Below, piece after piece: positions 39,741 through 48,753 of a DNA stretch of 64,000 nucleotides. Position 1 is the stretch's first letter. Every line of letters begins with the position of its first letter. Source of the DNA: an uncultured Actinomycetes bacterium (GTDB lineage Bacteria > Actinomycetota > Actinomycetes > Nanopelagicales > Nanopelagicaceae); assembly GCA_903821145.1 (NCBI GenBank), contig CAIJKC010000049.1:23472-87471 (forward strand), written 5' to 3'. The notes beneath the pieces were generated by a model. It was not told where the DNA came from. It did not search any database and worked only from the letters and a program-made list of their open reading frames with translations. The translations under genes were made by a program, and so were the position numbers.

Positions 39741-40709
39741 ATGAAAGAGTTAGATCCAGCAATCCAATCGAGGTTGATTCGCGACCTAGAACCGGCAGTT
39801 GCGGTCGAACTCGAGCGACATATCAACACAACCAAAAATTGGTATCCCCATGAGTATGTCCCATGGTCTGAAGGTCGCACCTTTGCAGGCCCACTAAATG
39901 GCGATGCCTGGGAAGCAAAAGATTCACGACTCACAACCGTGGCGCAAGATTCCCTCATTCTTAATTTAATGACTGAAGATAACCTTCCCTCCTATCACAC
40001 CGAGATTGCATCCTCGATGTCGCGTGATGGTGCGTGGAATACCTGGATTAATCGATGGACTGCTGAAGAGGCACGCCACAGTATTGTCTTGCGCGACTAT
40101 TTGATGGCTACGCGTGGGGTTGATCCAAATGAACTTGAAGATATTCGTATGGCGCATATGCAGGCTGGATACCAGACGCCATTTCCTAATGACATGTTGC
40201 ACACTGTTGCCTATGTGACTTTCCAAGAACTCGCCACACGTATTTCACATCGTAATACCGGACGCATATCTAACGATGAGATCTGTGAAAGCATGCTTGC
40301 TCGAGTAGCCCTCGATGAGAACCTCCACATGCTCTTCTATCGCAATCTACTGGCCGAGGCACTTAAGCTTGAACCAAACCATGCAATGCGTGCGATCACT
40401 GATGTACTCATCAACTTCCAGATGCCAGGAGCAGGAATGCCTGGATGGGGGAGAAAGTCTGTGCAGATTGCGCTTGCGGGAATCTACGATCTTGAATTAC
40501 ACCTTGAAGATGTCGTGATGCCAATTCTTCGCGCGTGGGGCATTTTTGAGATGACAACTCTTACTGGCGATGGCGCTGCTGCTCGCGATGAGCTTTCGCT
40601 ATTTTTGAAGCGCTCCGGTGAAGAGGTGGAGAGTTTCAACGAGAAGCGAGAACACCACTTCTCACGCTTGGCCCAGCGCGGTATCGACTCACTTCGACTC
40701 ACCCGCTAG
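39741..40709 (+). CDS. Soluble acyl-ACP desaturase family protein (diiron, DesA1/DesA2-like)
   Basis: EDNLPSYH, WTAEEARH, FQELATRISHRNTG, DENLHMLFY: the two EXXH diiron motifs of the stearoyl-ACP desaturase family. Confidence 0.85.
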   Translation: MKELDPAIQSRLIRDLEPAVAVELERHINTTKNWYPHEYVPWSEGRTFAGPLNGDAWEAKDSRLTTVAQDSLILNLMTEDNLPSYHTEIASSMSRDGAWNTWINRWTAEEARHSIVLRDYLMATRGVDPNELEDIRMAHMQAGYQTPFPNDMLHTVAYVTFQELATRISHRNTGRISNDEICESMLARVALDENLHMLFYRNLLAEALKLEPNHAMRAITDVLINFQMPGAGMPGWGRKSVQIALAGIYDLELHLEDVVMPILRAWGIFEMTTLTGDGAAARDELSLFLKRSGEEVESFNEKREHHFSRLAQRGIDSLRLTR

Positions 40710-40725
40710 TCACTCGCTAGTCACT
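40704..40725 (+). repeat. Exact 11-bp tandem duplication (CGCTAGTCACT x2) spanning the desaturase stop codon
   Basis: Read directly; preceded by a near-duplicate TCGACTCAC(T/C) pair at 40684-40703. Confidence 0.8.
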
Positions 40726-40908
40726 TCTCGCCCTTTCACAGGCTTTTCTGGGAATTAAGGGCTGGCAGGACGGAATAAATGCAACACGCCGAGCGTTCAT
40801 TGGCATAAGGCGCAGTAATAGGACACTATCCGCCCTGTATAGCACTTCGGCCAGCTGGCCGATATGCCCAAGAAGGTTTGCACGATCAAGGATGTAGGAG
40901 GAGGTGCC

Positions 40909-41205
40909 ATGGCAACCGATTACGACACCCCGCGAAAAACGGATGAAGAGTTACATGAAGAGTCACTCGAAGAACTCAAAGCCCGTAGAGCTGATGCTCA
41001 ATCAGGTCAGGTAGATATTGATGAGGAAGAAGCTGCTGAGAGCCTTGAGCTACCAGGAGCCGATCTCTCTGGTGAGGAGCTCACCGTTCGTGTTGTTCCT
41101 AAACAAGAAGATGAGTTCACATGTTCACGCTGCTTCTTAGTGCACCATGTCACTCAGCTCGCTAAGGGTGAAGGCGCGAAGGCAGTCTGTAAGGATTGCG
41201 CGTAA
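40909..41205 (+). CDS. DUF4193 domain protein
   Basis: MATDYDTPRKTDEE... acidic N-terminus, C-terminal CSRC...CKDC pairs; GGAGGAGG RBS before ATG 40909; neighbours DUF3093 and dut as in Mycobacterium (from memory). Confidence 0.8.
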   Translation: MATDYDTPRKTDEELHEESLEELKARRADAQSGQVDIDEEEAAESLELPGADLSGEELTVRVVPKQEDEFTCSRCFLVHHVTQLAKGEGAKAVCKDCA

Positions 41206-41224
41206 GCGCTAGGCGCTAGAGAGT

Positions 41225-41680
41225 TTAAAGTTTCTGATTGAGGGCGGTTGCGAGAGCAACCGCCCTCTTTGTGCTTACAAGCCAATAGGGAGTTGGATCT
41301 CTCGGATCGGCAATCTCGATCTTCACTCCCGTACTTACCCAAAATCGCAGCGCCATCCAGCAGAGCGGGTTGGCATCTCGCCCACGGATGAGAGCCATCT
41401 CGCGTGAATTGAGTGGGGTGATGGCGGTGATAAATCCACGATCAATGCGTGCGCTACCAACGCTGAGCTCCTTCTCGCTTACCTCGATGAGAAGTGGAGT
41501 GCTCAGTGCAGCCCAGATCAGGAGAAAGTTTTCAGCGATCAGCGTTGCCCAGGCTAGGTTCTTTCCAAGAGCTGCCTCAACTGCGATGGCTAAGGAGGCG
41601 GCGAGGAAGAGACAGAAGAGCCAGAGCCAGATGGGCCAGCGATCCCGGGAACTGAATGTATTCGTAGTGGGCTCATTCAC
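41225..41680 (-). CDS. DUF3093-like membrane protein
   Basis: Two N-terminal TM helices (WPIWLWLFCLFLAASLAIAV, LAWATLIAENFLLIWAAL) followed by a soluble domain; conserved position next to dut. Confidence 0.7.
   Translation of the reverse strand: MNEPTTNTFSSRDRWPIWLWLFCLFLAASLAIAVEAALGKNLAWATLIAENFLLIWAALSTPLLIEVSEKELSVGSARIDRGFITAITPLNSREMALIRGRDANPLCWMALRFWVSTGVKIEIADPRDPTPYWLVSTKRAVALATALNQKL
41240..41276 (+). terminator. Intrinsic terminator for the DUF4193 gene, embedded in the 3' coding end of the convergent DUF3093 gene
   Basis: GAGGGCGGTTGC-GAGA-GCAACCGCCCTC perfect 12-bp stem followed by TTTGTGCTT. Confidence 0.6.
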
Positions 41681-41723
41681 GAGATCAACTTACCGTCCTT
41701 TCGCAAACGAGTAGGCTAACTCC

Positions 41724-42308
41724 GTGAGCAGAGTTCCCAGCACGGTCCCTCCCAGTGATGCGGTGATCCCAGAACGCCATCCGAAGGCGCCACCATCGGG
41801 AACAAAGATTCCTTCCCACTTTGGGCATTGCTTTGGTTGTGGTGAATTGCATCCAACCGGACTTCATCTCGTTGCTCATGTTGGTGAGGGGCAAGATCTC
41901 ACTGCCGTCTTTACCGTCACTGAAAATCATCAAGGCGCACCAGGCCTTGCTCATGGTGGCCTCCTATCCCTTGCCTTTGATGAGGCACTTGGAAAATTGA
42001 TGTGGTTGATCCGCGCTCCAGCGGTAACAGCTCGCCTTGAGACAGATTTCTTACTTCCTGTGCCGCTTGGCACACAGTTGCATATCCGTGCCTGGATAAC
42101 AGGTCAGGTCCGGCGAAAGGTCTATGTAGCAGCTGAAGGTCACCTTGATTCACTCGATGGTCCGATCGCAGTCCGCTCGGCAGCACTCTTTATCGTGGTT
42201 CCTATGTCTCACTTTTTGGAGAATGCACCCAAGGCTTATCTTGATCACGTTACTGCTCATCCAGAACTTCTCGCCTTTGTTGATCCAGATTTTGAGATTA
42301 ACCCATGA
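41724..42308 (+). CDS. PaaI/hotdog-fold thioesterase family protein
   Basis: HCFGCGELHPTGLHL and GAPGLAHGGLLSLAFDEALG motifs; start uncertain (GTG 41724 or GTG 41763). Confidence 0.72.
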   Translation: MSRVPSTVPPSDAVIPERHPKAPPSGTKIPSHFGHCFGCGELHPTGLHLVAHVGEGQDLTAVFTVTENHQGAPGLAHGGLLSLAFDEALGKLMWLIRAPAVTARLETDFLLPVPLGTQLHIRAWITGQVRRKVYVAAEGHLDSLDGPIAVRSAALFIVVPMSHFLENAPKAYLDHVTAHPELLAFVDPDFEINP

Positions 42309-42745
42309 GCCTTCACGTTCTCATTACTCGACTCGATGAGTCGATTCCGATGCCGAAGTACTCCAAACCAGGGGATGCTGGCGCCGATATCTGTACTCGC
42401 ATTGATCTCACCATAGAGCCGGGGGAGCGAGTACTTGCCCCGACAGGTTTATCAATCGCCCTCCCCGATGGATATGCAGCATTTGTTCATCCACGCTCGG
42501 GTCTTGCGATCAAACATGGCGTCTCACTCGTTAACACACCAGGCACCGTTGATGCGGGCTATCGCGGTGAGTTGCAGATTATCTTGATCAATCACGACCT
42601 GCGAGAGGCGATCTCCTTCAAAAAAGGTGATCGGATTGCCCAACTTGTTATTCAGAAGGTAGAGCGCGCAGAGTTTGTTGAAGTCGAAACCCTGCCTGGA
42701 ACCGATCGTGGCGCTGGTGGTTTTGGAAGTACTGGACGCTCATGA
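42305..42745 (+). CDS. dut: dUTP diphosphatase
   Basis: GDAGADI, PRSGLAIKHG, GTVDAGYRGE, RGAGGFGSTG motifs; ATGA overlaps on both sides. Confidence 0.95.
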   Translation: MSLHVLITRLDESIPMPKYSKPGDAGADICTRIDLTIEPGERVLAPTGLSIALPDGYAAFVHPRSGLAIKHGVSLVNTPGTVDAGYRGELQIILINHDLREAISFKKGDRIAQLVIQKVERAEFVEVETLPGTDRGAGGFGSTGRS

Positions 42746-43401
42746 GTGTTGAAGGCCATCACGAAGATCGCGCAAAGATACTTGCAGCACTCGGTGGAAC
42801 CCGAGGTTTAATAGATAGCGGCATTCCCTCCGTTCTCTTCCTGATTGTTTTCAACTTTGGCCATCATCTACACCCAGCGCTCTTCGCATCAATCGCCCTC
42901 TCCCTGGTGCTCACGGCCTATCGCTTACTCAAGCGGGAGTCATTGCAACATGCCCTCAGTGGGCTCTTTGGTATTGCGATTTGTGCGCTCTTTGCTGGTC
43001 ACAGCGGCAAGGCATCAGCTTTCTATCTGCCAAGTATCTATAAAAATATCTTCTTTCTCATTATTTATGGTGGAGCAAACCTGCTTCGCTTCCCACTTCT
43101 TGGTCTGATCATTGGACCGATCATTGGTGAAAATCTTGAGTGGCGCAAGAATGCTGCTCGCAGAAAGGCTTATACCCAAGCAGGCTGGTTATGGGTTGGC
43201 ATGTTTGCCTTACGTATCGCTATTCAGTATCCGCTCTATAAGGCGAATAAACTCAATGCTCTCGGTATTGCTAATTTCTTCTTAGGCTATCCGCTCTACC
43301 TCATTGTTCTGTGGGGGAGCTGGCAGGTCATTCGTAAAGTTCCTGCGGTTAAGGCGGAGAAGCCGGAAGAGGCGAAAGAGGCGAAAGAGGCGAAAGAGTA
43401 G
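42742..43401 (+). CDS. DUF3159-like integral membrane protein with EAKEAKEAKE tail
   Basis: Five or six hydrophobic helices; conserved slot between dut and the trkA pair. Confidence 0.72.
   Translation: MSVEGHHEDRAKILAALGGTRGLIDSGIPSVLFLIVFNFGHHLHPALFASIALSLVLTAYRLLKRESLQHALSGLFGIAICALFAGHSGKASAFYLPSIYKNIFFLIIYGGANLLRFPLLGLIIGPIIGENLEWRKNAARRKAYTQAGWLWVGMFALRIAIQYPLYKANKLNALGIANFFLGYPLYLIVLWGSWQVIRKVPAVKAEKPEEAKEAKEAKE
43369..43398 (+). repeat. Perfect 9-bp microsatellite (GAGGCGAAA x3 plus GAG) at the 3' end of the DUF3159 gene
   Basis: Read directly; in frame, encodes EAK repeats. Confidence 0.8.
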
Positions 43402-43418
43402 AGGAAAGTACTTCTGCT

Positions 43419-44087
43419 TTAGTTAGTCTGAGCGCCCAACAGGCAGCTCTTCAACTCTGATTCAGCAAGAGCTGTTGCAACAAAGAGCAATTCATCACCG
43501 CTGGCTAAGAGCATGTGTGGCTGTGGTGAGATCACTCCACCATCACGGACGATTGCAGCGAGGGATGAATTAGATGGGAATGAGATCTCACCAATGGTCT
43601 TACCGCAGGCGATGGCATTATCTGGGAGGGTGATTTCCACAAGATTTGCTTCACCTTTGCGCAGTGAGAAGAGGCGGACAACATCGCCTACGGATACTGC
43701 TTCTTCAACGAGTGCGCTAATAATGCGGGGCGTAGACACTGCAACATCGACACCCCATGAGGAGTCAAAGAGCCATTCATTCTTTGGATGATTGACGCGA
43801 GCAACAACACGAGGCACACCATATTCAGTCTTTGCAAGAAGAGAGCAGACGAGGTTGACCTTGTCATCTCCGGTGGCAGCAACAAGGACCTGGCAGCCAT
43901 CAAGCTTTGCATTATCTAATGAGGCGATCTCGCAGGCATCGGCGAGTAGCCACTCGGCTGTTGGTACGGAGTCCATCTTCAGCGCCTTTGGATCGCGGTC
44001 GATCAAAAGTACATGGTGGCCATTGCCCAAGAGTTCACGAGCGATCGCACGTCCCACATTTCCGGCTCCTGCAATTGCAATACGCAT
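43419..44087 (-). CDS. trkA: TrkA-N/TrkA-C (RCK) potassium-uptake regulatory protein, second of pair
   Basis: IAGAGNVGRAIA Rossmann motif plus C-terminal TrkA-C domain. Confidence 0.88.
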   Translation of the reverse strand: MRIAIAGAGNVGRAIARELLGNGHHVLLIDRDPKALKMDSVPTAEWLLADACEIASLDNAKLDGCQVLVAATGDDKVNLVCSLLAKTEYGVPRVVARVNHPKNEWLFDSSWGVDVAVSTPRIISALVEEAVSVGDVVRLFSLRKGEANLVEITLPDNAIACGKTIGEISFPSNSSLAAIVRDGGVISPQPHMLLASGDELLFVATALAESELKSCLLGAQTN

Positions 44088-44749
44088 TAGTGCCCCTCAG
44101 GTGATTTAGCGAGAATGGCATCGGTTGCAACAAGATCCTTCTCGGCAACCATGACATGGACGAGGTCGCCCTCTTGCAAGACGGTCTTCTCATCCGGGAT
44201 GAGACCTTCACCAAGGCGGGTGATGAACGCTAGGCGTGCAGGGGTGAGTTCTTCAACGAGAGCGGCAGGGCGTCCATACCAACTTGCTTCGAGAGTGACT
44301 TCGCAGAGTTTGATAAGTCCACTTGCGTCGCGCCATTCCGAGCGAGAGCCTTCAGGAACCAGTCGGCGCAGAATCTGATCGGTGGTCCAGAGAACGGTGG
44401 CGACAGTTGGAATCCCCAGACGTTGGTAGATCTCAGCACGTCCAGCATCATAAATTCGAGCAACAACATTTTCGACGCCATAGGTTTCGCGGGCTACACG
44501 AGCGGCAAGAATATTTGAATTATCGCCATTTGATACGGCTGCAAAGGCATGGGCTTCAGCGATACCAGCTTCAAGAAGGGTATCTCGATCGAAACCTACG
44601 CCTGCAACTGTTCGACCATTAAAGTCTGGGCCAAGGCGGCGGAACGATTCACGGTTTTGATCAATAATGGCGACGGTATGACCGGCTGCTTCAAGCTCTA
44701 AGGCAAGACCAGATCCAACGCGACCGCAACCCATGATGACAACATGCAC
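44087..44749 (-). CDS. trkA: TrkA-N/TrkA-C (RCK) potassium-uptake regulatory protein, first of pair
   Basis: IMGCGRVGSGLA Rossmann motif plus TrkA-C; 1-nt overlap with its paralogue (CeoB/CeoC-like tandem). Confidence 0.88.
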   Translation of the reverse strand: MHVVIMGCGRVGSGLALELEAAGHTVAIIDQNRESFRRLGPDFNGRTVAGVGFDRDTLLEAGIAEAHAFAAVSNGDNSNILAARVARETYGVENVVARIYDAGRAEIYQRLGIPTVATVLWTTDQILRRLVPEGSRSEWRDASGLIKLCEVTLEASWYGRPAALVEELTPARLAFITRLGEGLIPDEKTVLQEGDLVHVMVAEKDLVATDAILAKSPEGH

Positions 44750-44788
44750 AAGGAAACCTTACCCTGATATCTGCATTAGGGTTGGTAA

Positions 44789-46018
44789 ATGGAAAATGAG
44801 AGTCTGAAGCCAGAAGACCTACCTGATCGTCCCCGCTTGGCAGTGGGGGATCGTGTTAGCGTCGACATTCTGGCTCCGGCGCATGGTGGGCATTTCATCG
44901 CCCGCCACGAAGGCCAAGTTCTCTTTATCCGCCATGGAATTCCGGGCGAACGCGTGCTTGTCGAAGTGACCTCAGTCGTTTCGAAGGTAACCCGCGCAGA
45001 TGTTGTTGAGGTGCTCGAAGCTTCACCTCACCGTGTGCAGGCGCCATGTTCCTTTGCTCGCCCGGGCGGGTGCGGTGGTTGCGACTTCCAGCACATCGAG
45101 ATCTCCCACCAGCGCGAATTAAAGGCTGCAATCATTACTGAACAATTTGAGCGACTCGGCAAGATGAACCTTGCAGAGCTTGGACTCACCTGCGAAGTTC
45201 GCGCAGTTGAACCAGAGAATGGTCTGCACTGGCGCACCCGAATGGATTTTGCAATCTCTGATTTCGGCAAGATCGGCTTTTATAAGAATCGCAGCAAAGA
45301 GGTCCAAGAGATAGATGATTGCTTGATTGCTGTGGAGCAGATGGATGTTGCCGGGTTAGCAGCACGCACATGGAATGGCGATGCTCGTGTTGAAGTTGCG
45401 ACATCAAGTTCTGGGCAAACAAATGTCTCTCGAGGTGGTCGAAGTCTCTCTGGGCCAACACAATTGCACGAAGTCGTTGAAGGTATGACCTACACGATCT
45501 CACCCGTTACCTTCTGGCAAGCACACAAGAACGCACCAGCAACCTTGGTGGATCACGTCATGGAACTTCTTGATGTTCGACCTGGCGATACCGTCTGCGA
45601 TCTCTACGGTGGAGCTGGGCTCTTCAGTGGCGCACTTGCCCAGGCTGTTGGCGCGAAGGGCCGCGTTCATCTCATTGAATCTGATCGACGTGCCCTCAGC
45701 GATGCAGCACATATCTTTAAGGCTTATGCCAATGTTCAGATTCACTCTGGCATGGTTGAGCAGCAACTTCCAAAGATTGAGAAGGCAGATCTGGTTCTTC
45801 TAGACCCTCCTCGTACCGGTGCTGGAGAGGTCGTCGTTTTGAGCCTGCTCAAACTTCGCCCCACAACGATTGTCTATGTCTCCTGTGACCCAGCATCCCT
45901 TGCTCGGGATGCGAAATGGATCACAGAGGGTGGCTATACGATGGATTCCATCGTGGCTTTTGACCTCTTCCCGATGACTCAACATATCGAGACGGTTGTG
46001 AGATTTAATCTCGCCTAG
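44789..46018 (+). CDS. TRAM-domain, Fe-S, SAM-dependent RNA (uracil-5)-methyltransferase (RlmD/TrmA family)
   Basis: N-terminal TRAM, CSFARPGGCGGCDFQH cluster, DLYGGAGLF, LDPPRTGAG, YVSCDPASLARD. Confidence 0.85.
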   Translation: MENESLKPEDLPDRPRLAVGDRVSVDILAPAHGGHFIARHEGQVLFIRHGIPGERVLVEVTSVVSKVTRADVVEVLEASPHRVQAPCSFARPGGCGGCDFQHIEISHQRELKAAIITEQFERLGKMNLAELGLTCEVRAVEPENGLHWRTRMDFAISDFGKIGFYKNRSKEVQEIDDCLIAVEQMDVAGLAARTWNGDARVEVATSSSGQTNVSRGGRSLSGPTQLHEVVEGMTYTISPVTFWQAHKNAPATLVDHVMELLDVRPGDTVCDLYGGAGLFSGALAQAVGAKGRVHLIESDRRALSDAAHIFKAYANVQIHSGMVEQQLPKIEKADLVLLDPPRTGAGEVVVLSLLKLRPTTIVYVSCDPASLARDAKWITEGGYTMDSIVAFDLFPMTQHIETVVRFNLA

Positions 46019-46039
46019 GTGATTCACTAGGATAGGGGC

Positions 46040-48697
46040 ATGAGCAAGAACTCCTTTAATGCCAAGAAGTCCCTATCAGTTGCAGGCAAGAGCTATGAGA
46101 TCTTCGATATCACAGCGTTGGAAGGATCTGCCGATCTTCCTTACAGCTTAAAGATTCTGCTCGAGAACCTGCTTCGCACAGAAGATGGCGCAAACATCAC
46201 CGCCGAGCAGATCAAGGCACTTGCCCAGTGGAACCCGGCCTCTGAGCCAGATACCGAAATTCAATTCACGCCAGCGCGCGTGATCATGCAGGACTTCACC
46301 GGTGTTCCTTGCATCGTCGATCTTGCAACAATGCGTGAAGCGATTGCCGATCTTGGGGGAGACCCAACAAAGGTCAACCCACTCGCACCTGCTGAACTTG
46401 TTATCGATCACTCTGTCATTGCTGATGTCTTTGGCACGAAGACCGCCTTTGAAGAGAATACTGATATTGAATATGGACGCAACCAAGAGCGTTACCGCTT
46501 CCTGCGCTGGGGTCAGACTGCCTTCGATGAATTTAAGGTAGTTCCACCTGGTACCGGAATCGTGCATCAGGTAAATATCGAATTTCTGGCACGTGTCATC
46601 ATGACTCGTACTGTTGAAGGTGAACTGCGTGCCTACCCAGATACTGTCGTGGGAACCGATTCACACACCACGATGGTCAACGGTCTTGGAGTTCTTGGTT
46701 GGGGAGTTGGTGGCATTGAAGCTGAAGCCGCACTTCTTGGTCAGCCTGTATCTATGCTGATTCCGCGCGTTGTCGGATTCAAGCTCTCAGGAGACCTGCC
46801 AACTGGAACGACTGCAACCGACCTTGTACTGACGATCACTGAGATGCTTCGCAAGCTCGGTGTGGTTGGAAAGTTTGTAGAGTTTTATGGACCAGGTGTT
46901 ACAGCCCTCTCGATGGCAACTCGTACTGCAATTGGAAATATGGCGCCTGAATATGGTTCCACCTGCGCAATCTTCCCCATCGATAACGAGACTCTCAATT
47001 ATTTGCGCCTTACCGGGCGTAGCAGTGAGCAGATTGAGCTCGTTGAGAAGTATGCGAAGGTCAATGGCCTCTGGCATAACGCCGATATCGCACCGCGCTT
47101 TTCAGAGACGATTGAACTCGATCTCTCCACTGTCGTTCCATCGATTTCTGGACCAAAACGTCCACAAGATCGCATCTCCTTGAGCGCATCCAAGGGCTCT
47201 TTCGAGAAGATCCTGCCTTCTTACATCACCGAGAAGACAACCACGGCTGCCGTTCCTTACTCCCACAATGGCAAGAGTGCTGAACTCAAAAATGGCGCAG
47301 TAGTTATCGCCTCCATCACCTCGTGCACCAATACTTCTAATCCATCAGTCATGATCGGCGCAGCACTTCTTGCGAAGAAAGCGATTGAAAAAGGTCTCAC
47401 ATCAAAGCCGTGGGTAAAGACCTCACTTGCTCCTGGTTCAAAGGTTGTCACAAATTACTTTGATAAGTCAGGGCTTACTCCCTATCTAGAAGGACTTGGC
47501 TTCAACCTCGTCGGCTATGGCTGCGTTACCTGTATTGGTAACTCCGGCCCACTTCCCGTTGAGATCAGCAAGGCAATCAACGAGAACGATCTCGCTGTGA
47601 CAGCAGTTCTCTCTGGGAACCGCAACTTTGAAGGACGTATCAGCCCTGATGTGAAGATGAACTATCTTGCATCCCCACCACTCGTCGTTGCATACGCTCT
47701 CACCGGCACCATGGATCACGATTTTGAGAACGATCCAATCGGAACTGATCAGAACGGCGCCGCTGTCTTTCTTGCAGATATCTGGCCATCACAATCTGAG
47801 ATCCAATCTGTTATTGACTCTGTCATCTCCTCAGATATGTTCATAAAGGATTACTCAACAGTCTTCGATGGCGATCATCGCTGGAAGTCACTTGCAACCC
47901 CAACCGGGAAGACCTTTGAATGGGATGAGCAATCAACCTATGTCCGCAAACCCCCTTACTTTGATGGCATGCCACGTGAACCTAAGGCAGTTACCGATAT
48001 CGCAGGAGCTCGCGTGCTTGCAGTTCTTGGAGACTCGATCACTACTGATCACATCTCGCCTGCTGGAAACATCAAAGCAGATTCTCCAGCTGGAAAGTAT
48101 CTGGCTGATCACGGTATTGAACGTGTTGATTTCAATTCCTATGGCTCCCGCCGTGGAAACCATGAAGTGATGATTCGTGGCACATTTGCCAATATCCGAT
48201 TGAAAAATCTGCTCTTAGATGATGTTTCTGGTGGCTTCACCCGTAACTTCCTGCGCAATGCAGAGCACTCAACAATTTACGATGCATCGATGGAGTATCA
48301 GGCTCAAGGCATTCCACTTGTGATTCTTGCAGGCAAGGAATACGGCTCAGGATCCTCACGCGATTGGGCTGCAAAGGGCACAGCACTTCTTGGTGTGAAG
48401 GCGGTCATCGCTGAATCTTTCGAACGTATCCACCGTTCAAACTTGATTGGAATGGGTGTTCTCCCACTTCAATATCTTCCAGGTCAGAACGCGACAACTC
48501 TGGGTCTTACAGGTCATGAGACCTTTGAGATCCAAGGGGTTACCGAGCTCAACAACGGGACGACTCCCAAGAGCGTGAGCGTTCTAGCAGATGGCAAGAG
48601 CTTCCAAGCATTGGTACGCATCGATACACCGGGTGAAGCCGATTACTATCGACATGGCGGGATCATGCAGTACGTGCTCCGCTCCCTGCTTAAGTAG
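46040..48697 (+). CDS. acnA: Aconitate hydratase A
   Basis: [25 protein letters not shown] Fe-S ligand motifs; 885 aa. Confidence 0.96.
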   Translation: MSKNSFNAKKSLSVAGKSYEIFDITALEGSADLPYSLKILLENLLRTEDGANITAEQIKALAQWNPASEPDTEIQFTPARVIMQDFTGVPCIVDLATMREAIADLGGDPTKVNPLAPAELVIDHSVIADVFGTKTAFEENTDIEYGRNQERYRFLRWGQTAFDEFKVVPPGTGIVHQVNIEFLARVIMTRTVEGELRAYPDTVVGTDSHTTMVNGLGVLGWGVGGIEAEAALLGQPVSMLIPRVVGFKLSGDLPTGTTATDLVLTITEMLRKLGVVGKFVEFYGPGVTALSMATRTAIGNMAPEYGSTCAIFPIDNETLNYLRLTGRSSEQIELVEKYAKVNGLWHNADIAPRFSETIELDLSTVVPSISGPKRPQDRISLSASKGSFEKILPSYITEKTTTAAVPYSHNGKSAELKNGAVVIASITSCTNTSNPSVMIGAALLAKKAIEKGLTSKPWVKTSLAPGSKVVTNYFDKSGLTPYLEGLGFNLVGYGCVTCIGNSGPLPVEISKAINENDLAVTAVLSGNRNFEGRISPDVKMNYLASPPLVVAYALTGTMDHDFENDPIGTDQNGAAVFLADIWPSQSEIQSVIDSVISSDMFIKDYSTVFDGDHRWKSLATPTGKTFEWDEQSTYVRKPPYFDGMPREPKAVTDIAGARVLAVLGDSITTDHISPAGNIKADSPAGKYLADHGIERVDFNSYGSRRGNHEVMIRGTFANIRLKNLLLDDVSGGFTRNFLRNAEHSTIYDASMEYQAQGIPLVILAGKEYGSGSSRDWAAKGTALLGVKAVIAESFERIHRSNLIGMGVLPLQYLPGQNATTLGLTGHETFEIQGVTELNNGTTPKSVSVLADGKSFQALVRIDTPGEADYYRHGGIMQYVLRSLLK

Positions 48698-48753
48698 CGC
48701 TCGCACTCGCCCTTTAGGGGGCAAATTTGGGCGCTAGAGAATAGACTCTCCCA

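Noticed and set aside
40864-40908. Longer N-terminal extension of the DUF4193 ORF (track start ATG 40864)
   Set aside because: The GGAGGAGG Shine-Dalgarno lies inside the extension, directly before ATG 40909. The family N-terminus, as I remember it, begins MATDYD. The shorter form is preferred.
44750-44788. Possible c-di-AMP (ydaO-type) riboswitch upstream of the trkA pair
   Set aside because: The divergent spacer is only 39 nt, far too short for that aptamer.
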